A DNA stretch of 64,000 nucleotides, taken from NCBI GenBank assembly GCA_002410925.1, contig DHPR01000010.1, positions 30,295-94,294 of the forward strand, written 5' to 3'. Below the pieces are notes generated by a model. It was not told the DNA's origin and did no database searches. It saw nothing but the letters and a program-made list of their open reading frames with translations. Every line of letters begins with the position of its first letter. Position 1 is the first letter of the stretch. A program made the position numbers and the translations under genes. Shown here piece by piece: positions 41,736 through 49,440 of this stretch. Origin of the DNA: a bacterium UBP13_UBA5359 (GTDB taxonomy: Bacteria; UBP13; UBA5359).

Positions 41736-42673
41736 TATTCTCTGATATAATAGGTCATGCTGCTGCCAGGAAATCTCTTTGCGATGCTGTTAAGCGTAAT
41801 CGTATCAGTAATGCTTATATCTTCTGCGGCCAGCCGGGCATAGGAAGAACTTCTTTGGCGATGGCATACGCTGCCTATCTTAACTGTAATAGCAGAAGAT
41901 CTGATGATGCCTGTGGTGTTTGCTCCTCCTGCCTGAAAATTGCTTCGGGCGGGCATCCGGATGTGGTAGTTCTAAAGCCGGAGCGCGCGGTTATTAGAAT
42001 AGATGATGTCAGAGAGATGATCAGGGATTGCGTCTATCCGCCCTTTGAAGGCAATTGGAAGGTCTATATCATTGATGATGCAGATCGCCTGGGCGAAGGA
42101 GCAGCCAACGCTATGCTTAAAACGCTGGAGGAGACTCCTGCCAGGGCAGTCTTCATTCTTATTGCCGGAAGTGCCGCAAAGCTCCTGCCGACCATAGTTT
42201 CACGTTGCCAAATTGTGAAATTAATCATGCCGTCCAGTGATGAATTGCTCGCTGGATTGCAACGGAACGCTGCCTCAACCGATGTGAGCAGAGTGGATGA
42301 AGCATATCGGCTGTCAGGAGGATTGCCATCCAAAGCATTTAAAATCCTTAGGGGAGAGGATCTCCTGATAAAAAAGGATTTATGGGGAGAGCTAATGGAG
42401 CATATCCTTTCCAGAAATCCTCTCAGAGCTTTGCGGGCGGTAGAGTGTATACAGATAATGGCGATGGAGTATGGTGATAGGGCGGAAGGAATAATAGGTG
42501 TTTTGGATGAAGTGTGCCGTCGAATAATACACAAGGCCATTGAAAATGCAGGATGGTCGCCGGCAGCTATTGCAATATCGCTGGCTGAAGAAGCGAAAGC
42601 CGCTCTTCGGCTTAACGCCAATCCGCAATTGACCCTGGAGAGTTTTATTATACAATTACAATTACGGGGCTAA
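41732..42673 (+). CDS. holB: DNA polymerase III subunit delta'
   Basis: Degenerate Walker A GQPGIGRTS, Cys-rich zinc module (CGVCSSC) and SRCQ motif; tmk-holB synteny. Confidence 0.8.
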   Translation: MIFSDIIGHAAARKSLCDAVKRNRISNAYIFCGQPGIGRTSLAMAYAAYLNCNSRRSDDACGVCSSCLKIASGGHPDVVVLKPERAVIRIDDVREMIRDCVYPPFEGNWKVYIIDDADRLGEGAANAMLKTLEETPARAVFILIAGSAAKLLPTIVSRCQIVKLIMPSSDELLAGLQRNAASTDVSRVDEAYRLSGGLPSKAFKILRGEDLLIKKDLWGELMEHILSRNPLRALRAVECIQIMAMEYGDRAEGIIGVLDEVCRRIIHKAIENAGWSPAAIAISLAEEAKAALRLNANPQLTLESFIIQLQLRG

Positions 42674-42740
42674 AGGCTGAAAAAATATAAGGGATCAGCT
42701 CTTTATCCTTGAAAGAGAATGAAGTGGGGGAAGAAAATAA

Positions 42741-43580
42741 ATGCATACGGTAGTCGGAGTAAGCTTCAAAGAGGCCGGCAAGATATACTATTTTGATCCG
42801 CAAAATATCGAGCTTCATGAGGGAGATGTTGTAATCGTCGAGACTGTTTCCGGCCTCGAGAGCGGGCATATCGTTACCGGCAGTAAGCGTATTTCTCCTG
42901 AAGAGATCACTACTCCGCTTAAGCGAGTACTGCGCCGTGCCGACGATCAGGATATGAGGCGCCTGGAAGAGAATAAGCAGAAAGAACGTGCTGCTCTCGA
43001 AATCTGCCAAAAGAAGGTGGATGAGCTGGATCTGGCTATGAAGCTGGTGGAAGCCGAGTACACATTTGATCGTAGCCGAATAGTCTTCTACTTTACCGCA
43101 GATGGCCGTATCGATTTCAGAGAGCTTGTACGTAGATTGGCAGCGGCCTTGAAAACCAGGATTGAGATGCATCAGATAGGAGTCCGTGACGAAGCCAAGA
43201 TGATAGGCGGCCTGGGCATGTGTGGACGCTCTCTCTGCTGCGCCACCTTTCTGGAGGGTTTTCAGCCCGTATCTATTAAAATGGCCAAAGAACAGAATCT
43301 TTCACTCAATCCTACCAAGATATCGGGTATATGCGGACGCTTGATGTGCTGTCTTAATTATGAGAACGATTATTACAAAGAGGTCAGGTCACGGCTTCCT
43401 AAAATCGGTACTCAGGTTGAAACAGAGCATGGGCGAGGCACTATTATAGAGGTTAATGTTCCCAAGGAGAGCGTAATTGTGAGGCTTCTGGAGGCTGCCG
43501 GCCAGCTGGAACTGCCGGCGGGCAGTGTTAAATGCAATCCATGCAGTGGCCAGTGTAAAAAGAAGCAAGAGAAGATATAA
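42741..43580 (+). CDS. ricT: PSP1-domain protein RicT/YaaT
   Basis: PSP1 C-terminal domain with Cys cluster (CGRSLCCATF ... CGRLMCCLNYE); conserved position after holB. Confidence 0.8.
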   Translation: MHTVVGVSFKEAGKIYYFDPQNIELHEGDVVIVETVSGLESGHIVTGSKRISPEEITTPLKRVLRRADDQDMRRLEENKQKERAALEICQKKVDELDLAMKLVEAEYTFDRSRIVFYFTADGRIDFRELVRRLAAALKTRIEMHQIGVRDEAKMIGGLGMCGRSLCCATFLEGFQPVSIKMAKEQNLSLNPTKISGICGRLMCCLNYENDYYKEVRSRLPKIGTQVETEHGRGTIIEVNVPKESVIVRLLEAAGQLELPAGSVKCNPCSGQCKKKQEKI

Positions 43581-43582
43581 AG

Positions 43583-43607
43583 GCCGGGCACATACTATGT
43601 GCCCGGC
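43583..43607. terminator. Bidirectional GC-rich hairpin between convergent genes
   Basis: Perfect palindrome GCCGGGCACATA-C-TATGTGCCCGGC between the ricT stop and the minus-strand DUF378 stop. Confidence 0.5.
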
Positions 43608-43635
43608 AGTCTCTCCAGGCATCAGCTGCTGGGAC

Positions 43636-43860
43636 TTAGGTTCTTGCCATCCGAGTTTCTTCACGTAGCATTGGCGATATAACGGCCATGTATACGGCGG
43701 ACAATCCTACCAGCACATAGATTATTCTTGATATGACCGTCATGTCACCAAAGATGGCGGCTACCAGATTGAACCCGAATGCCCCGATAAGACCCCAGTT
43801 CAGACCACCGATGATCAGCAGCACCAGAGCCGTCCAATCGAGAGTGCCTAACCCTCTCAT
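43636..43860 (-). CDS. DUF378-family small membrane protein
   Basis: GGLNWGLIGAFGFNLVAAIFG motif. Start set at the ATG (MRGLG...) preceded by a GGAGGTG RBS rather than the upstream GTG. Confidence 0.6.
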   Translation of the reverse strand: MRGLGTLDWTALVLLIIGGLNWGLIGAFGFNLVAAIFGDMTVISRIIYVLVGLSAVYMAVISPMLREETRMART

Positions 43861-44123
43861 GATATCCACCTCCTTGATATTTTTTGCCGGCGATGGTCTG
43901 CCTTATGGGCGGACATCGTCGCTATTCGTCAATCCAGTGCCGTTATATATATACCCATATATGACGATCTTTTTCAAACATTTTAAATCGGGAAGATTTA
44001 AAACTTGATGTAGCTGTTTTCAGTTGAATTTGTAATTACTGATTTATCCGTCCGGGCGCACAGCTGCTGATAGGTTGCCTCTTGCTTTTAAAAGCTGTTT
44101 GAACGTGAAGATTGAGGTTCTTA

Positions 44124-44210
44124 TGGTGCCGAAGCGGGGAGTTGAACCCCGACGAGCCATCGCTCACTAGGTCCTGAACCTAGCGCGTCTACCAATTCCG
44201 CCACTTCGGC
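44124..44210 (-). tRNA. tRNA-Leu (anticodon CAG)
   Basis: Reverse complement reads GCCGAAGTGGCGGAATTGGTAGACGCG ... with a perfect 7-bp acceptor stem, anticodon loop TTCAGGA, long variable arm, T-arm GGTTCAACTCC and 3' CCA. Confidence 0.8.
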
Positions 44211-44588
44211 ACGCTCGGCTTCTGCAGAAGCCTTATTGCAAAAGATATGATAGCAAAAAATATAAAAGATGTAAACCTGCAAATGCCCGGGCACTATCAA
44301 TGAAGGGGATCGGCTCTTCCTCTTGATTATTGCCTATAGCCTGGGTTAAGATGATACTCATGATGCTTGTCATTGCCCTGAATATAAATATCGACAGAGC
44401 ATATGCCGTTCCGGGTTCAAGGCCGGCGCTCTTTCGCTCCGAGAGCGTGCAATCCTGTGGCAGCGGCAAGAGCGTAAATGTGGCCGGAATTATGCTGCTG
44501 TTAATACTCTGATACTCGGTTCGGGTTTTTGCCGCCTGTTTGGTATCCGGCATACCGCAGGAATGATTACGACGGAGGAGAAACTATT

Positions 44589-45368
44589 TTGAATGACGGC
44601 ATATATAGAGATTTAGCTGATATATATGATGATCTTATGAGCGATGTTCCCTACGGCCGATGGATCGAGTATATCGAAAAAGTTTTCAGGCGCTTCGATG
44701 CCGATCCCGCTCTGGTTTTAGATTTGGCTTGCGGTACAGGCACAATATCATTGGGCTTGGCCGAAAGGGGATACAATGTTATCGGCGTAGACCGGGCACA
44801 GAGGATGATTGAAAAGGCTGAAGCCAAACGGAAAGCCGGTGTAAATCCACGATTTCTCTGCCAGGATCTTTGCAGTATGGATTTGCCCGGGATTCAGGCT
44901 GATGCCGCTGTCTGTCTCTTCGATTCATTGAATTATATCATCGATTATAATGATCTGTGCAACGCTTTTAAATGTACGGCCAGGTATCTTAATCCGGGAG
45001 CTTTATTTGTTTTTGATGTCAACACCGAGCTGGCGCTGGCTGAAGAGCTCTTTACGCAGGATAATCTGGCGGATAAGAATACCAATCTGTATTATGTATG
45101 GAAAAGCAGATATGATAAGGAAGAGCGACTTAGCCGAGTGAAGATGCTTTTCTTTATACGACAGCCGGATGGCAATTATCAGACATTGGAAGAGGAGCAT
45201 TGGCAGCGGGCCTATTTGACAGAGGAATTGATTTTCGGCCTGGAAATGGCCGGTTTTTCAGTAGAGGGGCTACATGATGAGGCTACGTTAAGGCCGGCAG
45301 GGGCAAAGACTGAACGCATGTATGTCATTGCCAGGCGTAACAAAGCGGGAATAGATATTAACTATTGA
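44589..45368 (+). CDS. Class I SAM-dependent methyltransferase
   Basis: Motif I VLDLACGTGTISLGLA. Start chosen at the TTG 8 nt after a GGAGGAG RBS; ORF-track start 44529 is the alternative. Confidence 0.6.
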   Translation: MNDGIYRDLADIYDDLMSDVPYGRWIEYIEKVFRRFDADPALVLDLACGTGTISLGLAERGYNVIGVDRAQRMIEKAEAKRKAGVNPRFLCQDLCSMDLPGIQADAAVCLFDSLNYIIDYNDLCNAFKCTARYLNPGALFVFDVNTELALAEELFTQDNLADKNTNLYYVWKSRYDKEERLSRVKMLFFIRQPDGNYQTLEEEHWQRAYLTEELIFGLEMAGFSVEGLHDEATLRPAGAKTERMYVIARRNKAGIDINY

Positions 45369-45423
45369 AATTTTAGATAATGATCTCTAATTCTATTTGA
45401 TAGCAAACTGAAGGAGGCAAAAT

Positions 45424-45774
45424 ATGGCTCTTGAAACCAGTTTAACCGTAATAGCCGTTTGCATGATTGTTTTGGTGGCTGCTCTGCTGATGGTAGCCGT
45501 TGCAGCTTTGATCCTGGTTGCAAAATTAATCAGAGTTATCGGTAAGGCCGGCAAGACTGTGCAGGAAGTCAGGCAGCAGATCATGCCGTTGATCTCTCAG
45601 TTTCAATCGACAGGCAGGGAGATAAGTGAAACGGTGCTGTCCGTTACCGGAAGAATTTCCGAGACCGTCAACAGTATCATCCGGATGGTTGAATACTTCA
45701 CGAGCAATCCATTTAAAACAATTGCTCAGATCGTTGCCCGGTTTCGGCGGCAGCATACATCCAACGGCAGGTGA
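45424..45774 (+). CDS. Small membrane-anchored protein (DUF948/YtxH-like, putative general stress protein)
   Basis: N-terminal TM helix followed by a helical soluble region; family assignment is tentative. Confidence 0.35.
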   Translation: MALETSLTVIAVCMIVLVAALLMVAVAALILVAKLIRVIGKAGKTVQEVRQQIMPLISQFQSTGREISETVLSVTGRISETVNSIIRMVEYFTSNPFKTIAQIVARFRRQHTSNGR

Positions 45775-45780
45775 CAATAA

Positions 45781-45820
45781 AGCGCTGAGACTGCCTCAGT
45801 GTTGCAACAGTCTCAGCGCT
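45781..45820. terminator. Bidirectional hairpin between convergent genes (13-bp perfect stem)
   Basis: AGCGCTGAGACTG ... CAGTCTCAGCGCT with a 14-nt loop, between the DUF948-like stop and the clpP-like stop. Confidence 0.5.
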
Positions 45821-45824
45821 TCAG

Positions 45825-46361
45825 TTAACTCGGATAGATGATCCTATCTATAAGATGATACTGGAGCGCCGCTTCAGGGGTCAGATAGTAATCCTTCATA
45901 GTATCTATGCTGACCTCCTCGATGCTTTTGCCCGTATGGTGAGCAATTATGCTGTTCAATTGATGCTTCAGTCTGACGATCTCCAAGGCTGATGTTTCTA
46001 TCTCGCTGGCAGTACCAAAGGCTTTCCCGGAAGGCTGATGAATCAGCATGCGCGAGTTCGGCAGTGCAAAACGTTTCTCGGGGGCACCGCCTGCTAGAAC
46101 AATGGCTCCCATGGAACAGGCCTGCCCTACGCAGACAGTGATGACGTCGGGTTTGACGGTCTGCATAACATCATATATAGCCAAACCGGCCGTCACCAGT
46201 CCTCCAGGAGAATTAACGTATAGAGTTATATCCTCTGTCGGGTTTTCACATTCCAACTGAAGAAGCTTATCAATGATTTCATAACTGCTGGAATCATTAA
46301 TCTCCCCCTTGAGAAGGACTATACGTCTGTTGAGCAGATCCGAAGATTTATTGTCATGCAA
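45825..46361 (-). CDS. clpP: ATP-dependent Clp protease proteolytic subunit paralog, short N-terminus
   Basis: Catalytic Ser in GQACSMG, His in MLIHQP and a conserved Asp region. TTG start with an AAGGAAG RBS. Lacks the canonical N-terminal axial-loop residues. Confidence 0.8.
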   Translation of the reverse strand: MHDNKSSDLLNRRIVLLKGEINDSSSYEIIDKLLQLECENPTEDITLYVNSPGGLVTAGLAIYDVMQTVKPDVITVCVGQACSMGAIVLAGGAPEKRFALPNSRMLIHQPSGKAFGTASEIETSALEIVRLKHQLNSIIAHHTGKSIEEVSIDTMKDYYLTPEAALQYHLIDRIIYPS

Positions 46362-46403
46362 GGTCTTTTCTTCCTTTCAATATAGAAGTTTAATGCAAAA
46401 AGT

Positions 46404-46428
46404 TATACACATTGTAACAATGTGTATA
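46404..46428. promoter_or_regulatory. 25-bp perfect palindrome TATACACATTGT-A-ACAATGTGTATA, candidate operator
   Basis: 12-bp perfect arms. Lies 43-67 bp upstream of the clpP-like start and overlaps the predicted -10 and spacer of its promoter. Confidence 0.5.
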
Positions 46429-46439
46429 TGGAGCGTCAA
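46411..46439 (-). promoter_or_regulatory. Sigma-70/SigA-type promoter for the clpP-like gene (-35 TTGACG, 17-bp spacer, -10 TACAAT)
   Basis: Near-consensus hexamers on the minus strand with correct spacing. Confidence 0.45.
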
Positions 46440-46587
46440 TAAATAGACGCCCATAACACAAGAGCCCGCATGTTTAGCTTCAATTTTGCCAGGGTATATC
46501 TAGGCACGGGTAGCTGGCTCTGCATGGTATCCCTTAGGGATCAGCACAGAAATCCGGGTTGAATATTTATGGCGAAATGGAGAACCA

Positions 46588-47472
46588 TTGATGCCGAGTA
46601 TAGGAATTGCCACGGCATATCCGGAGGCTGATTGGCACAGCAGGCAACTTATAGATGCCGCTTCCAGAAGAGCAAAGACCATGGTGATAGATCCGGGAGA
46701 TCTATCAGTCAATATCGGTGATTACGGCATATCGGTTAGGACGAGCACCGGCAGCCTCGACGGACTGGACGGGCTGATTCTGCTGCGGGCTATAAACGAA
46801 AAGGGCAATCCGGATCATCAGATAGAGATATATAGAGCATTGAGCGGCGCGGGATTGCCGATGATGAATAATATTCAAGCTGCTTTGGCGGCACAGGATA
46901 AGTTCAGGAGCAGCTTCGCCTTCCGGCAGGCAGGCCTGCCCTCTCCCAGAGTTGTTACTGTTCAAAACTTCAGGGAGGGCGTCAGCTACTTACGAGAGAT
47001 GGGGGAGGTAGTGATAAAGCCGATATATGGATCTCTTGGCGAGGGGATAATGCGTCTTTCTGCAGATGATGAGGGAATATTCTTTTTGAAGAGATATCTT
47101 GAGCGAGATGGAGTAGCATATCTGCAGAAATACATCGACAAACCGAATCGGGACATTAGAGTTTTTGTTATAGGAGGAAGAGCTGTAGCTGCCGTATACA
47201 GGGTGGCGAGTGAAGGAAAATGGTTAACGAATATACACTGTGGTGCTCGGGCTCTTCCTTGCAAGCTCTCTTCTGAAACGGAAGCGCTCAGTATAAAGGC
47301 CGCTGCTTCTATAGGTCTGGATTATACAGGGGTTGATATTATTGAAACAGATCGGGGTCCTCAGGTTATTGAAGTAAATGGTTCGCCGCACTGGCAGGGA
47401 GTACATCAGGCTACAGGAAAGGATATAGCCGGCTTGATAGTAGAGCATATGCTGAAGAGAATAGAAGACTGA
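46588..47472 (+). CDS. RimK-family ATP-grasp ligase (alpha-L-glutamate ligase-like)
   Basis: ATP-grasp fold pattern (VVIKPIYGSLGEGI ... YLQKYI ... DIRVFVIGGR ... GVDIIETDRGPQVIEVNGSP). ATG at 46591 is an alternative start. Confidence 0.75.
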   Translation: MMPSIGIATAYPEADWHSRQLIDAASRRAKTMVIDPGDLSVNIGDYGISVRTSTGSLDGLDGLILLRAINEKGNPDHQIEIYRALSGAGLPMMNNIQAALAAQDKFRSSFAFRQAGLPSPRVVTVQNFREGVSYLREMGEVVIKPIYGSLGEGIMRLSADDEGIFFLKRYLERDGVAYLQKYIDKPNRDIRVFVIGGRAVAAVYRVASEGKWLTNIHCGARALPCKLSSETEALSIKAAASIGLDYTGVDIIETDRGPQVIEVNGSPHWQGVHQATGKDIAGLIVEHMLKRIED

Positions 47473-47498
47473 TTTCATTGGGAAAGGGGGTGAAAAGC

Positions 47499-47690
47499 AT
47501 GGCAGAGAATAAGGGCAAGATAACGGTTGGCGAGGCCGGCCATAAGGGCGGGGAGTTGGGCGGTGAAAAGGGCGGAGAGACTACCCGTGAGCGCTATGGT
47601 CATGAATTTTATGAAGAGATCGGCCATAAAGGCGGCCAGAAGGTTAAAAAACTGATTGAAGAGGGTAAAAGAGCATTGGGCGAAAAGTAA
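47499..47690 (+). CDS. GsiB-like KGG-repeat stress protein (hydrophilin), copy 1
   Basis: MAENKGKITVGEAGHKGG ... RERYGHEFYEEIGHKGGQKVKKLIEEGK. Own RBS GGGGGTGA. Confidence 0.8.
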   Translation: MAENKGKITVGEAGHKGGELGGEKGGETTRERYGHEFYEEIGHKGGQKVKKLIEEGKRALGEK

Positions 47691-47777
47691 CTCTATGCAG
47701 AAGCATAATGAGTTTAGCATTATGTGTGAGTCCGTATGTGATTGAACGTAATGCCGGGAAAGAAGGGGGTGAAAAGC

Positions 47778-47939
47778 ATGGCAGAAAACAAGGGCAAGAT
47801 GACGGTCAGCGAGGCCGGCCAAAAGGGTGGAATAACCGTACGGAACAAGTATGGCCATGAATTTTATGAAGAGATCGGCCATAAGGGCGGCCAGAAGGTT
47901 AAAAAACTGATTGAAGAGGGCAAGCGTTCAGGCGGCTGA
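47778..47939 (+). CDS. GsiB-like KGG-repeat stress protein, copy 2
   Basis: MAENKGKMTVSEAGQKGG ... YGHEFYEEIGHKGGQKVKKLIEEGKRSGG; one internal repeat. Confidence 0.8.
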   Translation: MAENKGKMTVSEAGQKGGITVRNKYGHEFYEEIGHKGGQKVKKLIEEGKRSGG

Positions 47940-47996
47940 CTTACAATTCTCGGATAACAGGTTAAATAAGAAAGAATTACGGAGGGGGTGAAAATC

Positions 47997-48278
47997 ATGG
48001 CAGAGAATAAGGGTAAGATGACGGTCAGCGAGGCCGGCCAGAAGGGCGGGCGCACGACCAAGCAGCGCTATGGTCACGGTTTTTACGAAGAGATAGGCAA
48101 GAAGGGCGGGATGACCGTGCGCGATAAATATGGCCATCCTTTCTATGAGGAGATTGGCGGTAAAGGCGGCGAAGCAGTACGCGATAAATATGGTACGCCT
48201 TTCTATGAAGAGATCGGACACAAAGGCGGTCAGAAGGTTAAAAGGTTGATCGAGGAAGGTAAGAAGAGTATGAAATAA
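47997..48278 (+). CDS. GsiB-like KGG-repeat stress protein, copy 3
   Basis: Three YGxxFYEEIGxKGG repeats. Confidence 0.8.
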   Translation: MAENKGKMTVSEAGQKGGRTTKQRYGHGFYEEIGKKGGMTVRDKYGHPFYEEIGGKGGEAVRDKYGTPFYEEIGHKGGQKVKRLIEEGKKSMK

Positions 48279-48370
48279 CCGTAGTTCGCAAACTCATAGC
48301 TCGATCAAAGGCCTGATGGCAGCTTGAATGGTAAATAAGCAATAAATCGAGCATGGAAGGGGGTGAGAGG

Positions 48371-48604
48371 ATGGCAGAGAATAAGGGCAGGATGACGGTC
48401 AGCGAGGCCGGCCAGAAGGGCGGACGCATGACCAGGGAGCGTTACGGTCACGGTTTTTATGAGGAAATAGGGCAAAAGGGCGGCGAGATAGGTGGCGAGA
48501 CCACCAAGGAGCGTTATGGCCATCCCTTCTATGAGGAGATCGGGCACAAAGGCGGTCAGAAGGTTAAAAAGCTGATTGAAGAGGGCAAAAAGAGTGGAGG
48601 CTGA
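48371..48604 (+). CDS. GsiB-like KGG-repeat stress protein, copy 4
   Basis: Two YGHxFYEEIGxKGG repeats and the conserved C-terminus. Confidence 0.8.
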   Translation: MAENKGRMTVSEAGQKGGRMTRERYGHGFYEEIGQKGGEIGGETTKERYGHPFYEEIGHKGGQKVKKLIEEGKKSGG

Positions 48605-48725
48605 TTCATAGCGCATGCCGTGCAACTCATAGCTTGCCAATGTTCTAATCGTTGCTTTGGACGGAGCGTAGAGCAACTGTAAAGGAGCGATGAGGTGCGG
48701 GTACTGAGCAAGGAGGTGATTGCAA

Positions 48726-49085
48726 ATGCCTGAAGAGAAAAAAGGCAAGATGACGGTTGGTGAAGCTGGACAGAAGGGCGGCGAGAGCACTAGTCGCAAA
48801 TACGGCAAGCCCTTTTACGAAGAAATCGGCGAGATGGGCGGGGAAACAACTAAAGAACGCTATGGCCATGAGTTCTATGAAGAGATTGGTCAAAAGGGTG
48901 GCGAAAAGGGTGGCGAAACCACCAGGGAGCGTTACGGCCATGAGTTTTATGAAGAGATAGGTGAAAAAGGCGGCGAGACCACCAGTCAGAAATATGGCAA
49001 ACCCTTCTACGAGGAGATTGGGCACAAAGGCGGTCAGAAGGTTAAAAAGCTGATTGAAGAGGGCAAGAAAGCTGAACATGAATAG
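48726..49085 (+). CDS. GsiB-like KGG-repeat stress protein, copy 5
   Basis: Four repeats. ATG after an AAGGAGGTGA RBS. Confidence 0.8.
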   Translation: MPEEKKGKMTVGEAGQKGGESTSRKYGKPFYEEIGEMGGETTKERYGHEFYEEIGQKGGEKGGETTRERYGHEFYEEIGEKGGETTSQKYGKPFYEEIGHKGGQKVKKLIEEGKKAEHE

Positions 49086-49125
49086 GCTGTGAATTTAAAC
49101 AAAGAATCGATAAGGAGGTGTAAAG

Positions 49126-49344
49126 ATGGCAGAAAAAGGCAAGATGACGGTCAGCGAGGCCGGGCAGAAGGGAGGGCGCACTACCAGGGAGCGTTACGGC
49201 CATGAGTTCTACGAGGAGATAGGTGAAAAGGGTGGAACCACGGTACGTGAGAAGTACGGCACGCCCTTCTACGAGGAGATCGGCCATAAGGGTGGACAAA
49301 AGGTTAAAAAGCTGATTGAAGAGGGCAAGAAGGCCATGGGATAA
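49126..49344 (+). CDS. GsiB-like KGG-repeat stress protein, copy 6
   Basis: Two repeats. RBS AAGGAGGTG. Confidence 0.8.
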   Translation: MAEKGKMTVSEAGQKGGRTTRERYGHEFYEEIGEKGGTTVREKYGTPFYEEIGHKGGQKVKKLIEEGKKAMG

Positions 49345-49440
49345 AGTGAACGTATGGCGAGCGAAGGTTAGCAGATGTAATAAGGCAAGAGGCAGGGTTA
49401 CTATTTGACCCATGCCTCTTCCTCTTTGAGAGGAGAGCAT

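Larger units (their letters stand above)
47478..49344 (+). repeat. Tandem array of six paralogous gene-plus-spacer units
   Basis: Repeated DNA blocks (GGGGGTGAAAAGCATGGCAGAGAATAAGGGCAAGATGACGGTCAGCGAGGCCGGCCAGAAGGGCGG and the 3' block GGCCATAAAGGCGGCCAGAAGGTTAAAAAACTGATTGAAGAGGG) recur six times. The spacers are also homologous. Confidence 0.85.

Noticed and set aside
42064-43172. Minus-strand ORFs of 185, 87 and 174 aa
   Set aside because: Antisense to holB and ricT; no RBS or motifs.
44124-44588. Genomic island or integrated mobile element at tRNA-Leu
   Set aside because: No integrase, no repeat of the tRNA 3' end, and no phage or transposon genes in the flanks.
47478-49344. Possible CRISPR array suggested by regularly spaced DNA repeats
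   Set aside because: The repeat units are 200-370 bp protein-coding gene copies with homologous spacers, not 25-40 bp direct repeats alternating with unique spacers. No cas genes are present.
47475-49440. Five minus-strand ORFs (47475..47882, 47928..48221, 48305..48808, 48645..49079, 49042..49440) across the KGG array
   Set aside because: They are antisense to the plus-strand KGG genes, have no RBS or conserved termini, and their repetitive translations are a by-product of the sense-strand repeats. The plus-strand genes each have a strong RBS and match a known protein family.
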